This document shows positions 25,685 to 32,000 of a stretch of 32,000 nt of DNA, one piece after another. A program made the translations under genes and the position numbers. This stretch comes from Candidatus Pacearchaeota archaeon (GTDB lineage Archaea; Nanobdellota; Nanobdellia; Pacearchaeales; GW2011-AR1). How positions within the stretch are numbered: the first letter of the stretch is position 1; each line of letters starts with the position of its first letter. The stretch covers positions 27,312-59,311 of the forward strand of contig JACPLR010000005.1 of assembly GCA_016186425.1 (NCBI GenBank), read 5' to 3'. The notes under the pieces were generated by a model, which did not search any database, was not told the DNA's origin, and saw only the letters and a list, made by a program, of their open reading frames with translations.

Positions 25685-25882
25685 TTATTTACTATAATAT
25701 TTTCCTTTCCAAGTCGCTTCTGCTTGACATCCTCTTATTGCTAAATATGCTGGATCAATTACCGGTATTCTGGATTTTGTTGACATATCTCCAATTCCGT
25801 CTATCTCTTCTCCCCTTATAATTACTTCTTCATCTAAAGCATTTTTCAATTTATCTTCTTCACTTATTTTTCTTTGTTTCAT
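25685..25882 (-). CDS. hypothetical small protein (65 aa)
   Basis: ORF only, located between rpoB and rpoA. Confidence 0.3.
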   Translation of the reverse strand: MKQRKISEEDKLKNALDEEVIIRGEEIDGIGDMSTKSRIPVIDPAYLAIRGCQAEATWKGKYYSK

Positions 25883-25923
25883 TTTTTTTATTTTATTTTT
25901 TATTTTTTCCTGTAGGAGATGTC

Positions 25924-25950
25924 ATAAGAAGAACCTATGGTTCTTTTTAT
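25924..25950 (-). repeat. hairpin element (RNA sense AUAAAAAGAACC-AUA-GGUUCUUCUUAU) abutting the ancestral rpoB stop codon
   Basis: Same architecture as 17870-17896. It overlaps the last base of the TAA at 25950-25952. Confidence 0.6.
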
Positions 25951-26117
25951 TATTCCTCATATTTGTTTTTTAATTCAAATCCCGTCGCTATATGTAATCC
26001 AAGTAATTCCTCCGCAAGTAATTTAAATGCATATGAAACTTCAACATCTTCAATCTCTGTTGAATTGCATACAGGGCAGTAAGTTTTATTCCTTAAAGTA
26101 TCTTTAACTCCCAGAGC
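25950..26117 (-). pseudogene. rpoB: stranded in-frame C-terminal 55 codons of rpoB
   Basis: Hand translation after the TGA gives ALGVKDTLRNKTYCPVCNSTEIEDVEVSYAFKLLAEELLGLHIATGFELKNKYEE*. It contains the second CxxC and the conserved YAFKLL..EL motif of the RpoB C-terminus. It has no start codon of its own. Confidence 0.8.
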
Positions 26118-26160
26118 TCAGTAAGTTTTATTCCTTAAAGTATCTTTAACTCCCAGAGCT
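26077..26160. repeat. perfect 42-bp tandem duplication (2 x cagtaagttttattccttaaagtatctttaactcccagagct)
   Basis: The two copies, 26077-26118 and 26119-26160, are identical base for base. Confidence 0.97.
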
Positions 26161-29100
26161 CCGCACTTTGAGCAAACATGAATTATAACTTTGTCAGAAT
26201 CATATCTTTCCTTCAATAATAATGAAGCTCCGTGTGCAACTAATGCCTGCTGCTCCATTTCTCCTAATCTTAATGCCCCTCCTCTTGCTCTTCCCTCAAT
26301 AGGCTGTCTTGTAAGCAATGCAACTTTTCCAGATGCTCTTGCATGCATTTTATTGCTTACCATATATTTTAATTTCATATAATACATATCGCCAATGTAA
26401 ATTTTTGCTTCCATTTGTTTTCCCGTAATGCCATTATACATTGTTTCTTTTCCATCATACCTGAATCCCAAGTCTTTCAATTGATTTTCCATTTCCTCAA
26501 CATTAATTTTCTCAAAAGAAGTTCCGTTCATTATCTCGCCCTTCAGGCAGCCAATTTTTCCGCTAATTAATTCAAGCAAATAACCTACAGTCATTCTTCC
26601 AGGAATACCATGGGGATTGAAAATAACATCAGGTCTTATGCCTCTTGAAGTGAATGGAATGTTTTCTTCAGGCACAATAGCCCCGATAACTCCTTTCTGC
26701 CCGTGAGCTGTTGAAAATTTATCTCCTAATTCTGGAATTCTAAGATCTCTTGTTCTTACCTGAACAATTTTATTTCCTTCCTCATCTAAAGTTACAAAAA
26801 CTCCGTCTATAATTCCTTGCTCTTCCTGCCTTATGACAGAGCTGCTCTCTTTTTTAGCTCTTATATTAATATCTTTTGCTTCTGACAGGAATTTTGGAGG
26901 AGAAACTTTTCCAATTACAACCTCTCCAGCTTTCAAGCTCGCTTCGGGATAAACAATTCCATCATCTTCAAGATATCTGTAAGAATCCTCTGTCCTATAG
27001 CCAGCAATGTCTTTTGTTGGGATTATTATCTCATCAGCCAATCCCCCTGCATAATTTAACTCAACACTTGTGTAAGGCCTGAAAAAAGTGCTTCTTCCAA
27101 AACCTCTTTCAACACTTGATTTATTTACAACAATTGCATCTTCCATATTATATCCTTCATAAGTCATGACTGCAACAACAACATTCTGCCCAGATGGATA
27201 AACATTCATTGCATCATAAACAAAACTTCTTACAATTGGCTGTTGAGGATAGTGGAGTAAGCTTACATCTGTATCAACTCTTACAAGATAATTTGCAGCA
27301 TACAATCCAAGTCCTTGTTTCTGTGTCTTGCTTCCTCTAATTAATCTAGAAGACTGGTCATGATTTCCAAAACTTACTAAGCTTGTTATCGGGCCTAAAA
27401 ATGCAACCCGGTCAATTTCCATATGTGTATGTTCAGAATTTAATTCAGAATTATTCAGCGCAACAAAAGCATTTTCTTCTTCAGAAGCATCAATGTATTC
27501 AATTACTCCCTGTTTTATCAAATCATCCCACTTTAATTCGCCTTTTTTAATTTTCTCAATATGTTCTTCTCTTAATCTAGGAACTCTATTATCAGCAATT
27601 ACTAATGGCCTTAAAACTCTTCCAGTATCTCCGTATATAACTATTATTTTTAATTCAGTATTGTATCTTATGCTTAATTCTTCTGGAAATTTTTGCTGCC
27701 TTCTTTTTTCTCTTACTTCTGAAATAAATTTATTGTAATTGTCAACGGCCCCGATAAACATTCCGTTGAAAAATACATCAATGCCGCTAATTTCTTTGCT
27801 CAATCCTAATTTTTCAAGTTCTTTAATAATACTTTCCTCATCCATTATTAATCTTGAAGAAATTTTTGACATAATTGAAAGATTTTTTCTCAGCCCAATT
27901 TCTGTTCCTTCGGGAGTTTCAATAGGGCAGAACCTTCCAAAATGCGTTGGATGAAGTGTTCTCGCCATAAAATTTGTCTGTTCTCCTGGCAAAGTGCTGG
28001 AAACTTTTTGCAATTGAGAAACAATTGAAAGATAATTTGTCTTGTCCATATTTTGTGTTATGCCCTTTTTCTCTCCAATCCAGCTTCCTGTTGCAATTGC
28101 TGATTTTATTCTATGTGAGAATAAAGTTGATTTAGCAATTGTCTTGATGCTGTAAAATTTTTTTCTCTTTATTGTTTTTTGAAGGGAGTATTTTATATCC
28201 CTTACAAGGATGTTTAAATTTACCCTGAACAAGTCAGCAAGCAAATCCCCTGAAAGCCTGACACGCTTGTTTGCGTAATGGTCCTTGTCAACCTTGAGTT
28301 TAGGATTTTCCTTGAATATTAAAAATTGCCTTATTAATTTGCATATGGTAATTGCTTTGTCAATTCTTTTTTCCTTTTTTAATCCAATATGGGGAAGCAG
28401 ATAAGAATCAAGCCTTTGCTTTATCCTGTCAAGAATTTCTTTTTTAGTTCCCTGCACAGAAGTTTTTTCAGCAATGCTCATCATCGCTTCTTCAGAATTT
28501 GAAACTTTTGCAAATTCATAAAGGTTAACAATAACATTATCCGTCTCTTTTCCAATATATCTCGCAATATCCGCTTCTTTTAACATGCCAAGAGCTTTCA
28601 TTAAAATTATCGCAGGAATATTCTTGAATCTTGAAAATGAAACTTCAATTACCCCATCGCTTGATTCTGTAATAGTTATTGGAATTCTGTAAGCGCCTCT
28701 TGAAGAGAATAATCTTAAAGTTGGCTTGTCTTTAATATTTTCAATAAATGGCTGGTTGGCTGCAAGATCTTCTGTCATTATCATAATTCTCTCGTTTCCA
28801 TTAACAATAAAATAGCCTCCGGGGTCTTCAGGGTCCATATAATTATTTTCAAGTTCTTCTTTGCTCACCCCGCATAAGTTGCACGGCTTGCTCTTTACCA
28901 TTATCGGCATTCTCCCAATTTCAACTTCCTGATTTTCAATTTGCCCGTCTTGTTTTATTGATATTTCTAAAAATAAAGGGGCAGAATAGGTTAGGTTTCT
29001 TATTCTTGCTTCAGCGGGAGTCATTGGGGTTGTTGATCCATCTGATTCAATCACATTTGGCTTTTGGATTTTAATTTTTCCGAGCTTTATTTCAACCTCG

Positions 29101-29267
29101 TCCTGCTCAATATTTTCAGAAATTTCATCAACAATTTCCTGCATTCTTTTTTCTATAAAATTATTAAAAGAAGTCAGGTTAGATTCAACTAAAGAATTCT
29201 CTGAAAGATATTTCTGAATAACTATATGGTCATCATTCTTAAGTTTAAGTTGTATGCCTCTGCCCAT
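26118..29267 (-). CDS. rpoB: DNA-directed RNA polymerase subunit B (unsplit), terminated prematurely by TGA at the duplication junction
   Basis: Conserved RpoB blocks are present (GRFCPIETPEG, NMEDAIVVNKSS, HGQKGV, RPDVIFNPHGIPGRMTVG, GGALRLGEMEQQAL). It ends ..CSKCGALGVKDTLRNKTY*. Confidence 0.92.
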   Translation of the reverse strand: MGRGIQLKLKNDDHIVIQKYLSENSLVESNLTSFNNFIEKRMQEIVDEISENIEQDEVEIKLGKIKIQKPNVIESDGSTTPMTPAEARIRNLTYSAPLFLEISIKQDGQIENQEVEIGRMPIMVKSKPCNLCGVSKEELENNYMDPEDPGGYFIVNGNERIMIMTEDLAANQPFIENIKDKPTLRLFSSRGAYRIPITITESSDGVIEVSFSRFKNIPAIILMKALGMLKEADIARYIGKETDNVIVNLYEFAKVSNSEEAMMSIAEKTSVQGTKKEILDRIKQRLDSYLLPHIGLKKEKRIDKAITICKLIRQFLIFKENPKLKVDKDHYANKRVRLSGDLLADLFRVNLNILVRDIKYSLQKTIKRKKFYSIKTIAKSTLFSHRIKSAIATGSWIGEKKGITQNMDKTNYLSIVSQLQKVSSTLPGEQTNFMARTLHPTHFGRFCPIETPEGTEIGLRKNLSIMSKISSRLIMDEESIIKELEKLGLSKEISGIDVFFNGMFIGAVDNYNKFISEVREKRRQQKFPEELSIRYNTELKIIVIYGDTGRVLRPLVIADNRVPRLREEHIEKIKKGELKWDDLIKQGVIEYIDASEEENAFVALNNSELNSEHTHMEIDRVAFLGPITSLVSFGNHDQSSRLIRGSKTQKQGLGLYAANYLVRVDTDVSLLHYPQQPIVRSFVYDAMNVYPSGQNVVVAVMTYEGYNMEDAIVVNKSSVERGFGRSTFFRPYTSVELNYAGGLADEIIIPTKDIAGYRTEDSYRYLEDDGIVYPEASLKAGEVVIGKVSPPKFLSEAKDINIRAKKESSSVIRQEEQGIIDGVFVTLDEEGNKIVQVRTRDLRIPELGDKFSTAHGQKGVIGAIVPEENIPFTSRGIRPDVIFNPHGIPGRMTVGYLLELISGKIGCLKGEIMNGTSFEKINVEEMENQLKDLGFRYDGKETMYNGITGKQMEAKIYIGDMYYMKLKYMVSNKMHARASGKVALLTRQPIEGRARGGALRLGEMEQQALVAHGASLLLKERYDSDKVIIHVCSKCGALGVKDTLRNKTY

Positions 29268-29272
29268 TTATG

Positions 29273-29494
29273 TTAAATAACCACCCTGTAATAAAAAAAG
29301 CTCTCCTCGCCATTAGAAGATTTTCTTTCAATTTTAATTATGTCTCCAATTTTTATATCCTGGCCTAGTTGCAGCAATGCTGGATCAGTTAATTTTATCT
29401 TCGGCAGTTGTGTTTTAGAAATATTAAGTTTTTGAAGTAGTTCATCTTCTTCTTTTTTGTTTATTTTAGAATGTTTTGGCTGGAGAATATGCAT
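29273..29494 (-). CDS. rpoH: DNA-directed RNA polymerase subunit H (Rpo5)
   Basis: 73 aa with LPKIKLTDPALLQLGQDIKIGDIIKIERKS....YYRVV. Immediately upstream of rpoB. Confidence 0.85.
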   Translation of the reverse strand: MHILQPKHSKINKKEEDELLQKLNISKTQLPKIKLTDPALLQLGQDIKIGDIIKIERKSSNGEESFFYYRVVI

Positions 29495-29747
29495 ATTTAC
29501 AAATAATAGTTAATTTATTTAGGTTTAGGTTAGTTTAATAAGGGCATTTACAACTTTCCAATACTAAACATTATCAAAAATTGGTTTTTAAACCTTTCTA
29601 TTTTTTTGGAAAGGTTAAAATTCTTATTATAAGAATAGTGTTATTAATTAGTTAGGAAAATAAAAAGATTATAGATTAGTGGATTTTAGATATTTGTATA
29701 TAGCTTATAAAATATTTTAATCTCTAGATGATAATTAATAAAAATTT

Positions 29748-29845
29748 GTAACTTACTCATTAAAATCAGGTAAAAATATGGCATGATTTCAAAACATTTT
29801 TGAAAATACTGCAATACTAAATTTCTCTTTTTAGGAGAAATTTAA
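29748..29845 (+). repeat. archetypal full copy of the intergenic repeat family (leader gtaacttactcattaaaat + X arm + 18-mer arm + Y hairpin)
   Basis: gtaacttactcattaaaatcaggtaaaaatatggcatgatttcaaaacatttttgaaaatactgcaatactaaatttctctttttaggagaaattt. Confidence 0.85.
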
Positions 29846-29950
29846 TAGAGGTTTAAGTTAATTTTAGAATAATGATAGGTTTAATACCTTGTTATTTTTT
29901 TAGAATACTTTAAAAACATTATATTCTTTTTGAGCTACGAGATTATATAT

Positions 29951-29966
29951 AATGGACCCATAGCTC
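29951..29966 (+). repeat. 16-nt direct duplicate of the tRNA-Lys 5' end (atggacccatagctca)
   Basis: Identical to 30048-30063, 97 nt downstream. Confidence 0.9.
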
Positions 29967-30049
29967 AATAAGGGAAGTATCCCTTATGAACCCTCAAGCA
30001 TTGAGTAATTCATTTTCTTGAGATTCAACAACGCTATGATTCCATAGAT

Positions 30050-30204
30050 GGACCCATAGCTCAGCCTGGTTAGAGCACTGGCCTTTTAAGAATAAAGACA
30101 ACCTAGTGGTTTTCTTTATGAGTTTTCCCTTGAGAAAGCATCTCCCTTAAATAGGAAGAGAAAAAGAAAGCCAGGTGTCGGGGGTTCGAATCCCCCTGGG
30201 TCCA
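30050..30204 (+). tRNA. tRNA-Lys (anticodon UUU) with ~80-nt intron after position 37
   Basis: Hand fold gives acceptor GGACCCA/TGGGTCC (7/7), D arm GCTC-AGCCTGGTTA-GAGC, and anticodon stem CTGGC/GCCAG with loop CTTTTAA. The variable region is GTGTC, the T arm is GGGGG-TTCGAAT-CCCCC and the discriminator is A. The intron spans ~30089-30168. No CCA is encoded. Confidence 0.85.
30092..30119 (+). repeat. copy of the stop-proximal hairpin element inside the tRNA-Lys intron
   Basis: ataaagacaacc-tagt-ggttttctttat. Both 12-nt arms are identical to the transcribed-sense arms at 17870-17896 and 15270-15296. Confidence 0.85.
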
Positions 30205-30213
30205 TAAAATATT

Positions 30214-30462
30214 TTAATTATATCTCAAGTAATCTAAAGAATTAACTCTCCCATAAACCTGCATTCCATTAAATCCATTTAATTCTAATTTTGCATAATC
30301 AACTAAGGAAATATATTTTTCTTCTGCTTCTTCAATATTTCCAGAAATAACAATTGCCTTATAGGTTTTTTCATGACCATCTTCACATTTTGGTTTTTCC
30401 AATAAGAAAGCAATTTCTCCCCTATCAAATATCTTTATAAATAAATCAGAATCTATTTTCAT
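30214..30462 (-). CDS. hypothetical protein (82 aa)
   Basis: ORF with ordinary composition. Confidence 0.4.
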   Translation of the reverse strand: MKIDSDLFIKIFDRGEIAFLLEKPKCEDGHEKTYKAIVISGNIEEAEEKYISLVDYAKLELNGFNGMQVYGRVNSLDYLRYN

Positions 30463-30526
30463 TATTTTTAATTTATACTTATTTAATCAAGCCATTAAGA
30501 TTAACTTAATACTCTAATAAGGTAAT

Positions 30527-30625
30527 TTAAATTTCTTCTAAATAAGAAATTTAGTGTTGTCTGGATTCATAATATTTTTGAAAATACTGCAATACTTTTA
30601 CCTAGTTATATATTATACTCTCTAA
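30527..30625 (-). repeat. repeat family copy (Y hairpin aaatttctt-ctaaat-aagaaattt, then exact 18-mer arm ending ...cttttacctag)
   Basis: The reverse complement aligns with the X arm + Y module layout. It contains the exact tttgaaaatactgcaata on the + strand. Confidence 0.7.
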
Positions 30626-30665
30626 ATATTAATTTATTTCATAATTTATCTTTACATAAAATTAC

Positions 30666-31097
30666 TTATTTCCCAGTGCTTCCAAATCCTCCAGCTCCGC
30701 GAGAAGTATCAGATAAATCAACAACTTCTTCAAGTTCAGCACTTTCAAATCTGCTGAAAACTCCTTGAGCAACCTTTTCTCCTTTTTTAACTGTATAAGG
30801 TTTTTCCCCGTGATTGATTAAAATAATTCCAACTTCTCCTCTATAACCAGAATCAATTGTTCCAGGAGTGTTTACAATGCTTAATCCGTGCTTTAATGCA
30901 AGGCCTGATTTTGGCCTTATCTGCAATTCATAACCTTCAGGAATCTCTAATGAAATTCCTGTATGTATTAAACATCTTTCTCCCGGATTTAAAGGAGGAT
31001 AATCTTTGGAAGAATATAAATCCATTCCAGCATCTCCAGGATGAGCATAATTTGGCAGAGTTGCTTCATTATCCAGTTTTTTTACTTTTAGTTTCAT
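30666..31097 (-). CDS. dut: dUTP diphosphatase (trimeric Dut type)
   Basis: GDAGMDLYS, GTIDSGYRGEVGIIL, SRGAGGFGSTGK motifs. Confidence 0.9.
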   Translation of the reverse strand: MKLKVKKLDNEATLPNYAHPGDAGMDLYSSKDYPPLNPGERCLIHTGISLEIPEGYELQIRPKSGLALKHGLSIVNTPGTIDSGYRGEVGIILINHGEKPYTVKKGEKVAQGVFSRFESAELEEVVDLSDTSRGAGGFGSTGK

Positions 31098-31106
31098 TTT
31101 AAAAAA

Positions 31107-32000
31107 CTATAAAGTTTCACACTTATCTCCAATACAAGCATATTCTCTTGATCCGGATGTCTGATCATCCCTTTCATAACACATTATTTGGGAGAAATCA
31201 ATTTTTGGTAATGTTGAAACCATTTTATTATATTCTTCTTTGTTTATTTCTTCCCAAGGAGCTAGTGGATAAACATTATCATCTCTTGGAAGGAAAGCCA
31301 AACCCCCGATAATGTCCCAATTTTTATACACCCATTGGCCAGTATCTATCCACTCATCATTTCCAATATATATAGTAACAGAAGGGTTATGTTCTGTGTA
31401 ATTTGTCTTAAATCTTTTCCATATTTCTAACTGATCTATAGCACTTAAATCTTTTCTTAATAAAGAGTGTTTTGGAGATTCGATAGGAAATGGCAAAACA
31501 TAGGTACTGGCAGTTCCAAATTCTTGATTTACTTCGGGAGAATAAGGATATTTTTGATCTTTTAACATATGAAATAAAGAATCATTGGCAGATATCCTGA
31601 TATTTTGTCTGTAATATTCAGACCATCTAGTATGAATTCCAGAAGAAGAATTAACTAATTTAGATAAACTTCCAGAAGGCTTGACACAGGTTATGCATGT
31701 TGAAGGATTTATATCAAATTTCTTGGCATAATACCTATTAACTTCGATTGCATGATCTTTTAATTTTCTCAAAACTTCAGGATTTTTCAATATGGGGGAA
31801 TCCATAATGCCTGTTATAGAAACTCCAAGAAGCCTTTCTTCCTCACAATTTTCTTTCCATTCGTTAGATAGGTATGGAAAATAAGTTAACATTGATTGAT
31901 AAGTTCCAAGTATAGTTGCAACTCTTACTTTATCCATTAATGTTTCTTCAGTATCATCAGGCCTTGCAACAACCTCTGTTAAATTGCAGAATTGCTTTGA
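31107..32000 (-). CDS. ribonucleotide reductase, C-terminal part (probably class II, B12-dependent); continues past the window edge
   Basis: The frame stays open upstream of the listed Met to position 32000. It reads SKQFCNLTEVVARP, the RNR active-site C-N-x-x-E context. Further motifs are CVKPSGSLS and a C-terminal Cys pair CIGDKC. The class assignment is tentative. Confidence 0.7.
   Translation of the reverse strand, partial: SKQFCNLTEVVARPDDTEETLMDKVRVATILGTYQSMLTYFPYLSNEWKENCEEERLLGVSITGIMDSPILKNPEVLRKLKDHAIEVNRYYAKKFDINPSTCITCVKPSGSLSKLVNSSSGIHTRWSEYYRQNIRISANDSLFHMLKDQKYPYSPEVNQEFGTASTYVLPFPIESPKHSLLRKDLSAIDQLEIWKRFKTNYTEHNPSVTIYIGNDEWIDTGQWVYKNWDIIGGLAFLPRDDNVYPLAPWEEINKEEYNKMVSTLPKIDFSQIMCYERDDQTSGSREYACIGDKCETL

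Noticed and set aside
26118-26120. TGA at the rpoB duplication junction being a sense codon (genome-wide recoding)
   Set aside because: msrA (15468) and other ORFs (5321, 10337) end at TGA at plausible C-termini. No other conserved gene in the window needs TGA read-through. A whole-genome check is still required.
25950-29267. rpoB truncation as the natural B''/B' split seen in some Euryarchaeota
   Set aside because: That split lies near the middle of the protein and both parts have their own start codons. Here only 55 C-terminal codons with no start are detached, and the break coincides exactly with a duplication junction.
29953-30049. A second tRNA gene or split-tRNA 5' half starting at the duplicated ggacccatagctca
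   Set aside because: After the shared 14 nt there is no D-stem partner (GAGC), no anticodon arm and no T arm, so no cloverleaf or obvious half-molecule pairing could be drawn.
1078-30625. Possibility that the recurring intergenic repeats are a CRISPR array or its remnants
   Set aside because: The copies are kilobases apart in separate intergenic regions with no regular repeat-spacer periodicity. They are modular and partly inverted, and no cas genes are visible.

Overview
Visibly AT-rich archaeal chromosome segment. aEF-1alpha, aEF-2, RpoH, archaeal DnaG and a tRNA with a long anticodon-loop intron identify it as archaeal. Compact proteins and composition suggest a reduced, DPANN-like lineage, but that is inference only. 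The minus strand carries the conserved supercluster rpoH-rpoB-rpoA-nusA-rps12-rps7-fusA(aEF-2)-tuf(aEF-1alpha). It also carries dnaG, dut, a dCMP deaminase, msrA and the 3' part of a ribonucleotide reductase. Nearly every junction of that normally contiguous cluster is interrupted by accessory or orphan ORFs. Main observations: (1) A ~3 kb insertion between rps12 and nusA encodes a lipoprotein with a bacterial-type secretin domain, convergent with a Skp/OmpH-like periplasmic-chaperone homologue. This is outer-membrane-type machinery inside an archaeal core locus. (2) A perfect 42-bp tandem duplication in the 3' end of rpoB creates an in-frame TGA, stranding the last 55 conserved codons. (3) A dense modular intergenic repeat family (at least 10 loci) includes an exact 18-mer present five times. 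(4) A conserved 27-nt hairpin abuts the stop codons of rps12 and rpoB and also lies inside the ~80-nt intron of tRNA-Lys(UUU). (5) rpoA is a single fused A'+A'' ORF. Also present are a VapB/PIN toxin-antitoxin pair, an ImmA/IrrE-like HEXXH peptidase cassette and several small orphan ORFs. No rRNA, CRISPR array or recognisable transposase/integrase was seen.
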